Below, piece by piece: positions 35,656 through 45,561 of a stretch of 64,000 nt of DNA. Position 1 is the first letter of the stretch. Each line of letters begins with the position of its first letter. The DNA lies in NCBI GenBank assembly GCA_044351885.1, contig JBILEW010000011.1, positions 2,180-66,179 on the forward strand. Reading direction: 5' to 3'. Both the position numbers and the translations under genes were made by a program. The stretch comes from Bdellovibrionota bacterium. Lineage in GTDB: Bacteria; Bdellovibrionota_C; UBA2361; OMII01. The notes under the pieces were generated by a model. The model was not told the origin of the DNA. It did not search any database and saw nothing but the letters and a program-made list of their open reading frames with translations.

Positions 35656-36855
35656 CTATTGAGTATGAACCTTCGGTAGGAAAAACTTGAACGAGGTTCC
35701 CGCGCCCGCCTTCGACTCGATGTGCAACCAACCTCCGTGAGCTTGCGTAACGCCGTGGGCCACGGCTAGTGCGAGTCCCAAGGCGTGCGTGTCACCATCC
35801 GTGAGATCGGCCGGTCGGTGCGCGTCCCGGATCTCTTCGTCCGTCATTTCACGACCACTCCCATGAATATCTATTACTACGAACGAGTCCGGGACAGCGC
35901 GGGGGTTCTGCAGATTCGATGCCTTGATGTATTCACTCTCCGCATCTATCGTGATGGTGCCCTGACCATCGATCAGTCGCTGCGCATACAGAAGAACTCC
36001 CACAACGGCATTCCGGAGAGCTTCTTCGTCGACGAATACGGCCATATCCTCCCTGATTGAGCGAACATCGAAGGAAACACCGGGCTTCTTGAGCTTCGAA
36101 AGGCCCTCCACTGCTCGAGCGATGACATCGGAGATTCGTTCCACCCCCAACTCCCGTGGCCCCTGTTGCGATGCCCACAACAGCTTCTGAACGAACAGCT
36201 TCTGCTCGTAACACCCCTCTAGTGCGAGTTTGACGTAACGATCTTCCAACGCTTGAAGAGTACCGCAATGCGCCAGCCAATCGAGATAACCCATAACTCC
36301 AGCAAGTGAGTTGTTGATGTGGTGCGCGATGCTACCGATAACGCCGCTGAGATCCTCCATCCCTGCCGTCGGCGATGGTGGGTGCTCCGACGGCGGACGC
36401 GGTTGTTCCTCCTCACCTCCCACACCCAAACGTGTGAGCATGGACGAGTACGCATCGAGCTCCTCGCGCAGATCTTCTTCGACCTGGTGCTGCGCCATCC
36501 CAAATTCGATGGCGAGTTCGAGCTCCTGATCGTCGATCGGCTTCACCAGATATGCCAGGGGATGCGCAAGTCGCGCTTGATTAATCGTCTCGTGATCGGC
36601 AAATGCCGTCAGAAAGATCGAAGGTATGTGGAAGCTTCTCTGTAGTACGTCAGCGACTCGCGTACCCGGTACGCCCCCGGAAAGCTTGATGTCCATGAGC
36701 ACCAGATCGGGCGCGAGGTTCTTCGCCATCGCTACGGCCTCGCCGCCCGAGCCAGCAGTCCCCACTACGCGATGTCCCATGCGCTCCAAGCGTTCCTTCA
36801 ACTCGAGAGCAAAGAGCCGCTCGTCCTCACATACTAATATCTTCAAAGGCTCCAT
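35656..36855 (-). CDS. hybrid response regulator receiver + histidine kinase protein (399 aa)
   Basis: REC: KILVCEDERLFALELKERL...DLVLMDIKL. HisKA-like H-box: IAHHINNSLAGVMGYL. HATPase end: GGWLHIESKAGAGTSFKFFLPK. Confidence 0.85.
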   Translation of the reverse strand: MEPLKILVCEDERLFALELKERLERMGHRVVGTAGSGGEAVAMAKNLAPDLVLMDIKLSGGVPGTRVADVLQRSFHIPSIFLTAFADHETINQARLAHPLAYLVKPIDDQELELAIEFGMAQHQVEEDLREELDAYSSMLTRLGVGGEEEQPRPPSEHPPSPTAGMEDLSGVIGSIAHHINNSLAGVMGYLDWLAHCGTLQALEDRYVKLALEGCYEQKLFVQKLLWASQQGPRELGVERISDVIARAVEGLSKLKKPGVSFDVRSIREDMAVFVDEEALRNAVVGVLLYAQRLIDGQGTITIDAESEYIKASNLQNPRAVPDSFVVIDIHGSGREMTDEEIRDAHRPADLTDGDTHALGLALAVAHGVTQAHGGWLHIESKAGAGTSFKFFLPKVHTQ

Positions 36856-36862
36856 AGCACGC

Positions 36863-38410
36863 CTATGCTATCGCTTCAGTCGGATCTACAGTATGTTCTC
36901 GCGTTGCCCCCGGCTTCTCGAATGGGAATTCGAACCGGAATACCGCTCCCCCTTCATTTACTACGGTGAGTTTAGCGTTCAACTGCTTACAGAGGGTCGC
37001 AACCACTCGCAGACCAAGGGTTGTAGGATTCTCGACATCGACCTCTTTCGGTATACCAGAGCCTTTATCAGACACCGTCAGCTCGGCCGTGTTTGCTTTC
37101 TTACGAAGCGTCAGAGAGAGAGAGAGAGCTCCGTCTGCTCCGAGTCCGTACTCGATCGAATTGGCAATGAGCTCATTGAGTATGAGACCACTCGGAACCG
37201 CCTTGTCGATAGAGAGATCCATTGCATCGAGATTCATCTCCAGTTTGACCTTTCGCGGATCCGATATGTGAGAGCGCACCAACTGCTTCGTAAGCTCGGA
37301 GACATAACCGTCGAAGCTGATACGAGAGAGGCTCTCCGAGCGGTACAGCTTTTCGTGTACCAGCGCCATGCATTTTACGCGATCCTCACTGCTTCTAAAC
37401 ATAGCCCGAGCGGGCCCCTCAGGCACATAACCGGACTGGAGACGTAAAAGGCTACAGATAATCTGTAGATTATTTTTTACTCGATGATGGACCTCTTTGA
37501 GCAACAGCTCCTTGTCTGCAAGAGATTGCGTGAGCCTCTCCTGAGCCTGTTTCTTTTCGCTCATATCACGCGCGATTATCGACAGACCTGGCTTACCATC
37601 CGAGAGCTCCGTGACTGGCGAGATGAACAACCACACCGGCACCTCAGTCCCGTTCTTGCGTGTGCACTGCACCTCGAACTGAGCACACTCGTAGGGCGAA
37701 GCCATAGATTGCGAGATTCGGTCGACCACATCTGAGCCGTTCGTGGAGAGTAGCGAGCCTATCGAGTGGCCGAGCGCTTCTGCCTCTGTAAAACCGAAGA
37801 GTCTCTCGGCAGAAGGATTCCACTCCCAAACCTCACCACTCGACTCGATACCGATGATAGCATCCTGGGAGTTGTCTACGATCGATGCCAGTCGCGAAAC
37901 CTTGAGCTTCGCCTCCGATATCTCCGATGCATGACGTGTCACCGTCTCTTGGAACAAAGCACGGCTCTTGCTGACCTCCTCCTCGGACACTCTCCGTTTT
38001 TCGATCTCCTCTTGGAGCGAACGCCTGGATGGCAACTTTACCAGCGTAGCAACAAGACCCCATGCCAGATACGCAGCGGTGATCGAGCCAACTAGTGTAA
38101 CTGATGTCAACCAGCCGATCTGGCTGTATGCCCCCTGCCACATCGACCATATCTCAACGAGATGTGAAGCGCCCGTCAACAGGAGAGCACATGCAGCGGC
38201 AGGTACTCGCCAATCACCGCGGAGCTCGGTACGTCGGCGTGCCAGGGTCAGCAACCCCAGCGCCAACGCGAAAAATGTACCGGTCGTGAGGATATCACCC
38301 ACGACCGAAAACACCATCAAGGTCGGGTGCTCAGAAGCACAACTGCTCGCTGTTAAGGCACTTTCAGTTACCATGAGGGAGCAGTATAACGAAGGCTCGG
38401 GATATCCCAT
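36863..38410 (-). CDS. membrane sensor histidine kinase with PAS domain and HisKA_2-type H-box (515 aa)
   Basis: N-terminal TM helices. PAS: IVDNSQDAIIGIESSGEVWEWNPSAERLFGFTEAEALGHSI. H-box: EVHHRVKNNLQIICSLLRLQ. ATPase: LNELIANSIEYG...DKGSGIP. Confidence 0.85.
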   Translation of the reverse strand: MGYPEPSLYCSLMVTESALTASSCASEHPTLMVFSVVGDILTTGTFFALALGLLTLARRRTELRGDWRVPAAACALLLTGASHLVEIWSMWQGAYSQIGWLTSVTLVGSITAAYLAWGLVATLVKLPSRRSLQEEIEKRRVSEEEVSKSRALFQETVTRHASEISEAKLKVSRLASIVDNSQDAIIGIESSGEVWEWNPSAERLFGFTEAEALGHSIGSLLSTNGSDVVDRISQSMASPYECAQFEVQCTRKNGTEVPVWLFISPVTELSDGKPGLSIIARDMSEKKQAQERLTQSLADKELLLKEVHHRVKNNLQIICSLLRLQSGYVPEGPARAMFRSSEDRVKCMALVHEKLYRSESLSRISFDGYVSELTKQLVRSHISDPRKVKLEMNLDAMDLSIDKAVPSGLILNELIANSIEYGLGADGALSLSLTLRKKANTAELTVSDKGSGIPKEVDVENPTTLGLRVVATLCKQLNAKLTVVNEGGAVFRFEFPFEKPGATREHTVDPTEAIA

Positions 38411-38537
38411 ACCCCAAACTCTTTCAAAAGCGCGAAAGAGCGTATCCGTTCAATCGAGAAATGACCAGGATCATACCTGCACCCGAAGATCCGCTATCGC
38501 CGCGGATCTGTATCGCTTTGAGTGCGCCGGTGTTGTA

Positions 38538-38980
38538 TTTTTGGCTCATCACGTTTTCGAGTGGGTCATAGCGAGCACAGAGATAGCGCAAGCTCTTGTT
38601 TTGACCTATAAATCGCGCCTTTCCACGTGAACGTGCTCGTGAACGTAAACGTGAACGTACCCGAACGAGCAACCTTACCTCTGCGCTCCGGAAATAGAGC
38701 AGCATTCTCGACTATAAAAAACTGGACGTCTATCGTACAGCGCCATTTTCTCAATAGCTTGGGGATCCGTCATGGAGTGTGGTGCCCTCTTTGATCTGTT
38801 AGACGCTCTAACCTATGTCTCTGACGGCCAGTATTGCGCTGGGAAGCGGTTGCTTACAAGGATTGCAGCCATGCTTTCCAATCTATGCCGTCAGCCCGCA
38901 TGACGCCTGTTTCGGGTACGTTCACGTTTACGTGCACGAGCACGTTCACGTGGACTACCCACTCGATTCCGCGATGACCC
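38538..38980 (+). mobile_element. palindromic MITE-like element, A-type copy with four-helix-bundle gene remnant (A3)
   Basis: Outer IR: ggctcatcacgttttcgagtgggt ... acccactcgattccgcgatgaccc. The inner arms at 38624-38665 and 38911-38952 are complementary over 42 nt with 1 mismatch. It is collinear with 28278-28732. Confidence 0.75.
38704..38903 (+). pseudogene. decayed four-helix-bundle protein gene remnant inside element A3 (start codon ATG changed to ATT, premature stop, same internal deletion as A2)
   Basis: ILDYKKLDVYRTAPFSQ* is followed by MECGALFDLLDALTYVSDGQYCAGKRLLTRIAAMLSNL. Roughly 80% nt identity to 28443-28641 by eye. Confidence 0.6.
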
Positions 38981-39017
38981 GTATTTTTCACGGGGCGTTC
39001 GCTCGCCCAACGGAGGT

Positions 39018-39530
39018 CTAGAGCGCCCTAGGAATCTGCCCCTGAATGACAAGCTGGGCCCCCTCGCTGACACCGACTTTTCTCATCGTTCCGCCGGCGA
39101 ATTCAAGCACGTAAAGACTTGGAGAATCCACATAACGAGAATCTTCGGTAAGGGGCGGAACGTTCTCGAGGATCCCAACGACCTTCATCTCTTTCGAGAC
39201 AAACACCATATCGAGCGGAATGAGAGTATTCTTCATCCAAAACGATTGGAGCTTTTCCTCCGGAAAGATGAACAGCATTCCGCTTCGTGCGCCCATTTCA
39301 CGTCGAAACATCAAGCCTCGCGCGCGCGTTGATGGTGTAGAGACCACTTCGACCTCGAACGAACGGATGCTCTGCCCGTCAGGTGCTACAAACTCTATCT
39401 CCACTGTCGGATGTTCGGGCTTCGGAGTACATCCTGCTACCGCGTACGCAACCGAGAAAAGGCAGAGCAGGAGACCGAGAAAGTCCCTCGAAACACGCAT
39501 CACGCGCCCTTCACCCGCTCCAGAGATCAC
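39018..39530 (-). CDS. DUF192 domain protein, secreted/lipoprotein-like (170 aa)
   Basis: RGLMFRREMGARSGMLFIFPEEKLQSFWMKNTLIPLDMVFV is the DUF192 signature. There is a 4-nt ATGA overlap with etfA. Confidence 0.75.
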   Translation of the reverse strand: MISGAGEGRVMRVSRDFLGLLLCLFSVAYAVAGCTPKPEHPTVEIEFVAPDGQSIRSFEVEVVSTPSTRARGLMFRREMGARSGMLFIFPEEKLQSFWMKNTLIPLDMVFVSKEMKVVGILENVPPLTEDSRYVDSPSLYVLEFAGGTMRKVGVSEGAQLVIQGQIPRAL

Positions 39531-40519
39531 GACGCTGCCTTGGCACTCTTACATGCATCGATCAGCTCGGGCACCGCCTGGAAGAGATCGGCAACCAATC
39601 CGTAATCGGCGACCTCGAAGATCGGTGCATCGGGATCCTTGTTGATAGCGACTATCACCTTCGAATCCTTCATACCAGCGAGATGCTGTATGGCTCCCGA
39701 GATCCCTACCGCTATGTAGAGCTTAGGAGCCACCACCTTACCGGTTTGGCCGACCTGCCAATCGTTGGGAGCGTAGCCCGAATCTACAGCGGCTCGAGAA
39801 GCGCCAACCGCTGCTCCGAGAGCGTCTGCTAGGGGGAAAACGACCTTCTCGAAGTTTTCGGCCGACCCCAGAGCACGACCACCACTCACTACGATCTCGG
39901 CATCTGAAAGCTCGGGGCGGTCAGCCTTGGACTGTTCATAGCCCACGACCTCACCGAAGCGCGGTTGCTCCTTCAGCTCCGGATCTCCCGATAGCGCCTG
40001 CTCAGACACCTGTCCTGCCGCCCCGTCCTTGATGGCTGGTCCGAAGGCCGTTCCCCGGACGGAAACGACTCGCGCCGTCGACAAGAGCTCCACGTCCGCA
40101 ATGATGTTCCCAGCATACATCGGTCGCTTCAGAGACCCATCGCTGTTGACAGCTATGATATCTGATGCCTGCCCTGCATCGAGCAGAACCGCCACACGAG
40201 GCAGCATATCCTTGCCCGAGCTACTAGCCAGCCCAACGACGACGTCACAGTTAAGCTCCTTGGCCGCAAGGGCTACCGCCCGAGCATACGGCTCGGCTCG
40301 AAACTTATCGAAGAGGGCATCTTCCGAGTAGCGCACACTCTCCACTCCGTACTGGGCCGCTTCCTGTGCTGCTGCTGCGGCACCTCGACCCAACACAACC
40401 GCGCATACCCCATCCTTGCCCCAACACTGTCGCAACTCCTTGGCTGCGGTCAGAGCACACAGCGACCCTTTGGCTATCTTACCACCGTCATGTTGCACGA
40501 ATACGAGAACCTTACTCAT
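39527..40519 (-). CDS. etfA: electron transfer flavoprotein alpha subunit
   Basis: [80 protein letters not shown]. Confidence 0.95.
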   Translation of the reverse strand: MSKVLVFVQHDGGKIAKGSLCALTAAKELRQCWGKDGVCAVVLGRGAAAAAQEAAQYGVESVRYSEDALFDKFRAEPYARAVALAAKELNCDVVVGLASSSGKDMLPRVAVLLDAGQASDIIAVNSDGSLKRPMYAGNIIADVELLSTARVVSVRGTAFGPAIKDGAAGQVSEQALSGDPELKEQPRFGEVVGYEQSKADRPELSDAEIVVSGGRALGSAENFEKVVFPLADALGAAVGASRAAVDSGYAPNDWQVGQTGKVVAPKLYIAVGISGAIQHLAGMKDSKVIVAINKDPDAPIFEVADYGLVADLFQAVPELIDACKSAKAAS

Positions 40520-40531
40520 ATGCTGGAACTC

Positions 40532-41281
40532 CTACAGAACCTTGGCTTCTTGCTGCAAAGCGGCTACCAACTCAGTAACACTCGCCACCTTCTTGCCTGC
40601 CTTCCTACCGGTCGGCAGCGACATTCCTCGGACCCGTACCTTCACGTCCGCAGAAACACCGAGGGCCTCGAGCGAAAGCTCCTCGAACGGTTTCTTTTTA
40701 GCCTTCATCAGATTCGGCAATGCCGCATAGCGGGGCTCATTGAGGCGCAAATCTGTAGAGACGACACAGGGGAGCGGGACCTTGAGAGTCTCTAACCCTC
40801 CATCTATCTCGCGAGTAACGACTGCCGCGCCACCTTCCACGAGCACCTTCGAGGCGAAGCACGCCTGCGGGAGATTGAGGCGCCCGGCCAAGAGCTGTGC
40901 AGTCTGATTGGAATCCGAGTCGATGGCCTGCTTCCCCATGAGCACCATCGAATACTCTCCGCGCTTGAACACCTCTGCAACGACCCGCGAGGCGAGGTCA
41001 GAATCGACGGGACCATCGTGTTTGACGAGTATCGCCGAGTCAGCGCCCATCGCCAGAGCGTATTCGAGCCTAGCGCGCACATCTGCCGGGCCGATGCTTA
41101 CTAACACGATCTCCGAAGCGACCCCCTTCTCCTTCAATCGGATCGCCTCTTCGACCGCTATCTCATCGAAGGTGTTTAGGATCCACTTGATACCGTCGGT
41201 TTGGATACCGGATCCATCGGCCTGAAGTTTAAGCTTAATCTGCCAATCGGGAACTTTCTTTACTGGTACTAGAATCTTCAT
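40532..41281 (-). CDS. etfB: electron transfer flavoprotein beta subunit
   Basis: MKILVPVKKVPD...NTFDEIAVEEAIRLKEKG...VSIGP...ALAMGADSAILV...LMGKQAIDSDSNQTAQLLA. It sits immediately upstream of etfA. Confidence 0.95.
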   Translation of the reverse strand: MKILVPVKKVPDWQIKLKLQADGSGIQTDGIKWILNTFDEIAVEEAIRLKEKGVASEIVLVSIGPADVRARLEYALAMGADSAILVKHDGPVDSDLASRVVAEVFKRGEYSMVLMGKQAIDSDSNQTAQLLAGRLNLPQACFASKVLVEGGAAVVTREIDGGLETLKVPLPCVVSTDLRLNEPRYAALPNLMKAKKKPFEELSLEALGVSADVKVRVRGMSLPTGRKAGKKVASVTELVAALQQEAKVL

Positions 41282-41394
41282 GGCTAAATGTTACTCCAAG
41301 CCGAGGAGACTCTGCCAGGGCAATATTCCAACCGCTAGTTTTACTTAACGGCACCCGGGGACACTAGAAAACGGTTGTTGGATAAGCAGCACGA

Positions 41395-42810
41395 TCAATC
41401 CAGCGGGACCAAAGACTCCGAGAATGGCGGCCTGAGCAAGCGACTCCTTCCCACCTTAGCCGATTGAGCCAAGATCGGATGGGTCTTCTCTAGACGTGTG
41501 AGCTGATTGAGGTGATCAGCCGTCTGACTTACGAGGCGGGCGACGTCTCCGTCTGCTACACCAGAGAGCCTCAACAATCCCGAGAACTCCGCCCACGTCT
41601 CCGAATCCATCCATGTGATGACGGTGAGCGCCGCATCTGGAAGAACCTCGACCTCCGCCTTTCCCGGCCCATTGTACGAGTCCTTGATGCGCTGGACTAC
41701 CTCACGCATAGCATCGAAGAGCGCCGGCTTAATCGGATTCTGCTTGAGTTTGAAGTACGGTCGATGTGGGTCGCCTGCGATACTCGCAACGAGTCCGACG
41801 AGTTCGAAGAGCGCGCAATCGTCAAAGAGCTTTGAGTCGATGCATTCCCCCAGTTCGAGCACTAAACTCGTGCACAGTTCGGCGGCCCAAGAGCCCTTCT
41901 CCGTGAGCCCACCCCCTTCGACGTACCCGAGTGTCCTCAATCCATCGAGGGAGAGGTGCAAAGAGGTCTCCTGCTTCCGGTCCAATTCGTCCGCCTCTTT
42001 GAGAGTACGCCGCACTCTCTTCTCAGCCTTCTTTCGCTTCTCCCCCTTGAGCGACCCATCGGCTTCGATGCGCTGCTGTTCCTCTATCGCCTGCTCACGC
42101 AAACCGCTCGCGTTCTTGCGGTCGAGAAACGCCGCCAAACTGCGCTCGACCGTGTATTCGAGGTCGTCTACGTTGCGATACTTGAGGAGATTCAGCACAG
42201 TCGAGGGAGCTGCAAAGTATGCAGAACGGAGCGGCTCCGGCGGTCGCTTGGAGACCTCCAGCAGTACGCGTGCGTCCGAGAACTTGCTTGGCGTGATGAC
42301 ACACACCCCGACGGCATCCTTTCCTCGTCGTCCCGCACGTCCTGCCATCTGCTGGAACTCGGCTGCCGAGAGCACACTGAAACCTTCCGAACCTCGCTTG
42401 CTGTGCGCAGTTATCACCACGGTACGCGCGGGAAAATCCACTCCTGCTGCGACCGTTCCTGTCGCTATCATCATCCGCAACATGCCGCGGGACATGAGTT
42501 CCTCGAGCAGCAACCTCCAGATCAGAAGTTGCCCTGCATGGTGAGCTCCCACCCCAGTCGAGATCAACGCCTGGTATTGCGGATAGGTGGTGATGAACTC
42601 AGGCTCAAATTTGTACTTGTCTATGATCGCTTGAATCTCGCTCTGCAACCGCTGCTGTTGTGCTGCGGAGAGTATAGCGTTCTTGTTGCGCGCCACGCTC
42701 TCGACATCGGCATCGCACTGTTTACGCGCAGTGCGAAAGAGGATCGCCGGAAGGAGCTCGTCACGCTCAAGCTCTCGAAGAATGACGGAAACGGGGAATT
42801 CGACCTGCAT
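41395..42810 (-). CDS. Ski2/HelY-like DEVH helicase, C-terminal part (RecA2 lobe + helical/DSHCT-like region); the ORF track extends it to 42888, but the ATG at 42810 with an SD is the likely start
   Basis: LLPAILFRTARKQCD, GVGAHHAGQLLIWRLLLEELMSRGMLRMMIATGTVAAGVDFPARTVVI, FQQMAGRAGRRGKD. C-terminal segment: GDVARLVSQTADHLNQLTRL. Confidence 0.8.
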   Translation of the reverse strand: MQVEFPVSVILRELERDELLPAILFRTARKQCDADVESVARNKNAILSAAQQQRLQSEIQAIIDKYKFEPEFITTYPQYQALISTGVGAHHAGQLLIWRLLLEELMSRGMLRMMIATGTVAAGVDFPARTVVITAHSKRGSEGFSVLSAAEFQQMAGRAGRRGKDAVGVCVITPSKFSDARVLLEVSKRPPEPLRSAYFAAPSTVLNLLKYRNVDDLEYTVERSLAAFLDRKNASGLREQAIEEQQRIEADGSLKGEKRKKAEKRVRRTLKEADELDRKQETSLHLSLDGLRTLGYVEGGGLTEKGSWAAELCTSLVLELGECIDSKLFDDCALFELVGLVASIAGDPHRPYFKLKQNPIKPALFDAMREVVQRIKDSYNGPGKAEVEVLPDAALTVITWMDSETWAEFSGLLRLSGVADGDVARLVSQTADHLNQLTRLEKTHPILAQSAKVGRSRLLRPPFSESLVPLD

Positions 42811-42811
42811 C

Positions 42812-43654
42812 TTATCGCCTCCTCCGACCACCACCTGAGCGCGAGCGACGACCACCGCCAGATCTTCCGCCACGCTCGCGACGCTCACCTCGCTCCTCGC
42901 GGCCCGCGCGGTAATTCTTTACTCGCGTTCCAGATTCGTCGAGAGGCATACTCCCGTAGTAGTGCGCGACCTCGGGAGAGAGATGGCCCTTCTCGTCACT
43001 CAACGGAATGACACCAAATCGTGGATGCATGAAACCGAACCGAAGCTCCACAGGACGCTCCGTCTTCATGACCACTCGGCACTCCTTGTTGCGAACCTCC
43101 TCTATCCATGCGGCTATCTCCTGCGCATTCGAGATCGAGGCCGACAACATGAGCAGTGTCGAAGAGCTCGGAGTCAGGATGATGCTCTCCTCCCAGACGG
43201 CGCCGCGTTGAGGATCCGCGATATAGTGCACCTCATCGAGAATGACCAAGGAGTAACGCCCGGACCCCCGGTAGAGGTCGTTGCGGTATATCTCAGTCGT
43301 AGCTATCACAACATCAGAATCCCCCTCGATCTTCCGGTCTCCGGTCAGCAAGCCCACCGAGTGCTTGGGGCCGAAGGTATGTTGGAATTCGGTATATTTG
43401 GTGTTGGAGAGGGCTTTGAGCGGGGTGGTGTAAATAGAATGGTGCCCCCCCTCGAGCAGATTCCGTATCGCCTGAACCGCGATATAGGTCTTGCCCGATC
43501 CGGTAGGCGCCACCACCAGCGTATCGATACCGGCCTTTAGGTTTGAGATCGCCTCTTGCTGGAAGTCGTCAGCAACGAAGTCCGTTTTCTCTGGAACTCC
43601 GAGCCCCGATAGGAACTTCTCTCGCGATTCGTGGATCGCCTTGAATTTCATCAT
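42812..43654 (-). CDS. Ski2/HelY-like DEVH helicase, N-terminal part (RecA1 lobe) ending in an Arg/Gly-rich tail
   Basis: FQQEAISNL...LVVAPTGSGKTYIA, TPLKALSNTKYTEF, LTGD, VIATTEIYRN, LVILDEVHYIADPQRGAVWEE, MLSASI. The tail is RGERRERGGRSGGGRRSRSGGGRRRR*. Confidence 0.8.
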   Translation of the reverse strand: MMKFKAIHESREKFLSGLGVPEKTDFVADDFQQEAISNLKAGIDTLVVAPTGSGKTYIAVQAIRNLLEGGHHSIYTTPLKALSNTKYTEFQHTFGPKHSVGLLTGDRKIEGDSDVVIATTEIYRNDLYRGSGRYSLVILDEVHYIADPQRGAVWEESIILTPSSSTLLMLSASISNAQEIAAWIEEVRNKECRVVMKTERPVELRFGFMHPRFGVIPLSDEKGHLSPEVAHYYGSMPLDESGTRVKNYRAGREERGERRERGGRSGGGRRSRSGGGRRRR

Positions 43655-43667
43655 ATATATTAAACCT

Positions 43668-44549
43668 TCAAACCGGCACGTTCGAAACTGACGTGTCGGG
43701 ATTCATCTCGTATCGGCAGGCGAGGAAACTGCGAACGAATGCCGGAGAACCGTGCAGCAATTGATCAACCGTTCCGTCGAACGCTATGATCCCGTCAAAG
43801 AGAGCCAGCACCCGATCTACCACCGGGATGAGCCGTCTCAGGTCGTGACTCACCATCACGGTGGTAGGGTTGTACTCCTTGTGCAGCTCGACTATCAACT
43901 CCATGATTACACTACTTGCAACCGGATCGAGACCACTGGTCGGATCGTCCAACAAAAGGATACGAGGCCTCCCGACGAGCGCGCGCGCTAGAGACACACG
44001 ACGTCGCATGCCTCCACTGAGCTGCCCCGGCATCTTGAAAGCCGCCTTCGAAAGCCCGACTCGTGCCAAGATATCGCTGACTTTTTCACACACCTCGCGC
44101 CGTTGGGCCCGGGGGAGAGACGCTGTCGGAACCTTGCCTCCCACAAGAGGAAAGGCGACGTTCTCGTAAACCGACATCGAATCGAACAACGCCCCTTCCT
44201 GAAACATCAATCCCACATCGCGGTGGGAGCATCCGCCCTCGAAACAGATCTCCCCGGACTCTTCCTTGCAGGTGTGTGCGATGAGTTTGAGGAGAACGCT
44301 CTTACCACCACCGCTAGGACCGATAAGGCCATTGATCGAGGCTGGAGCAAGGGCGAAATTGACACCTCGAAGCACGTGTTTGTCTCCGAAGTGTCTGTGT
44401 AAATTCTTGACCGTCAGCACTCGTTCCCCTGTAGGTAGTTGTTCATGACCTTGCGGCGACCTGCTTCTGATATCGCCGCAAGTCGAGCGGTAATAGCAAG
44501 CTCGCTTCCTCTCATTATACCGACGAGAAGGAATTGCACGAGAGTTCAC
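43668..44549 (-). CDS. ABC transporter ATP-binding protein, MlaF-like (probable true start GTG at 44420)
   Basis: GLIGPSGGGKSVLLK (Walker A), LSGGMRRRVSLARAL (signature), ILLLDDPTSGLDP (Walker B). The annotated N-terminal 43 aa overlap dus and look non-coding. Confidence 0.85.
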   Translation of the reverse strand: MNSRAIPSRRYNERKRACYYRSTCGDIRSRSPQGHEQLPTGERVLTVKNLHRHFGDKHVLRGVNFALAPASINGLIGPSGGGKSVLLKLIAHTCKEESGEICFEGGCSHRDVGLMFQEGALFDSMSVYENVAFPLVGGKVPTASLPRAQRREVCEKVSDILARVGLSKAAFKMPGQLSGGMRRRVSLARALVGRPRILLLDDPTSGLDPVASSVIMELIVELHKEYNPTTVMVSHDLRRLIPVVDRVLALFDGIIAFDGTVDQLLHGSPAFVRSFLACRYEMNPDTSVSNVPV

Positions 44550-45561
44550 TAGGCGAAATCTCTTCCGGGTCGGGCTCTAAGCGCGTGACAACAGGCGGAG
44601 CCCACTCCCCAGCACGTACCCGCTCGAGGAACTGTACCTGTTCCTGCAAGGAGTTGATAGTCAAGAGTGTCTTGCGCCACAATGCTCCACGGCACATCTG
44701 CGAAGCGAGCTGTTTGACCTTGCCAACACAGGTCGAGTCCGAAAAGTCCTCCTTGAGGAGCTCGATGTAGCGAAAAAGAAGCCCCAACATTAATCCGGGG
44801 TTCTCACGCAACCTCGAAGGCTCGCCAGTCATGATCTCCGAGAACACATAGGGATTCCACATACTCGCACGCCCTATGAAGAGCCCTGCGACCTTACCCT
44901 TCAGACGTTGTTCTGCAGAATGCCTGTCGACTACATCTCCGCTACCGAGCACTGGAATCGAGAGTCTGTCGGCGACCCGCTCTACGACGTCCCAGTCCGC
45001 CTCGCCTCGGTACAATTGAGACCTCGTCCGACCATGAATGGCGATCGCCTCGACCCCCTCACCTTCGGCCATGAGGGCGACATCCATCGCGTTACGAGAG
45101 CCTTCATCCCAACCACTGCGAATCTTGATCGTCAGAGGGATACGGACTGCTCGACGCACCTCGCGGACGATCTGCCGAAGATGTTCGGGTTGGCGCATGA
45201 GCTCGCACCCTCCCCCACGTTTGACGACCTTGGGAGCTGGACAACCACAGTTGATATCCACAATATCAGCACCGATATCCTGCACCATCATCGCCGCATC
45301 ACGCATACGATCGATATCATAGCCGAAGATCTGCACGCAGTAGGGACGCTCGTCGGCTGAGTAGCGCATCATCTCCATCGTGCGCCGAGAGCCGCGAGTC
45401 ATACCCTCGACCGAGACGAATTCACTAACGACCAAGCCGACTCCTTTAGGATTGGACTCCTTGATCAATCTACGAAACGCACGGGTGGTAACGCCGCTCA
45501 TTGGCGAAAGCACCAACCCGGGACTGATGACGATATCACGGACCTTGTACTGCTTAATCAC
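44515..45561 (-). CDS. dus: tRNA-dihydrouridine synthase (Dus family)
   Basis: LVLSPMSGVTTRAFRRL, CVQIFG, DINCGCPAPKVVKRGGGCELMRQP, AIAIHGRT. Confidence 0.9.
   Translation of the reverse strand: MIKQYKVRDIVISPGLVLSPMSGVTTRAFRRLIKESNPKGVGLVVSEFVSVEGMTRGSRRTMEMMRYSADERPYCVQIFGYDIDRMRDAAMMVQDIGADIVDINCGCPAPKVVKRGGGCELMRQPEHLRQIVREVRRAVRIPLTIKIRSGWDEGSRNAMDVALMAEGEGVEAIAIHGRTRSQLYRGEADWDVVERVADRLSIPVLGSGDVVDRHSAEQRLKGKVAGLFIGRASMWNPYVFSEIMTGEPSRLRENPGLMLGLLFRYIELLKEDFSDSTCVGKVKQLASQMCRGALWRKTLLTINSLQEQVQFLERVRAGEWAPPVVTRLEPDPEEISPSELSCNSFSSV

Noticed and set aside
37113-37128. (AG)8 dinucleotide microsatellite.
   Set aside because: It lies inside the histidine-kinase coding region, where it encodes LSLSLTL in frame. 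A contingency locus is possible in principle, but there is no evidence for one, and any slippage would simply frameshift an otherwise intact gene.
42812-42888. 77-nt overlap of the two helicase ORFs, suggesting the C-terminal part starts at 42888.
   Set aside because: The extension (MSVASVAEDLAVVVARAQVVVGGGDK) is the alternative-frame reading of the Arg/Gly-rich linker. The ATG at 42810 has a strong SD and sits 1 nt after the upstream stop. A simple frameshift pseudogene remains an alternative (see findings).
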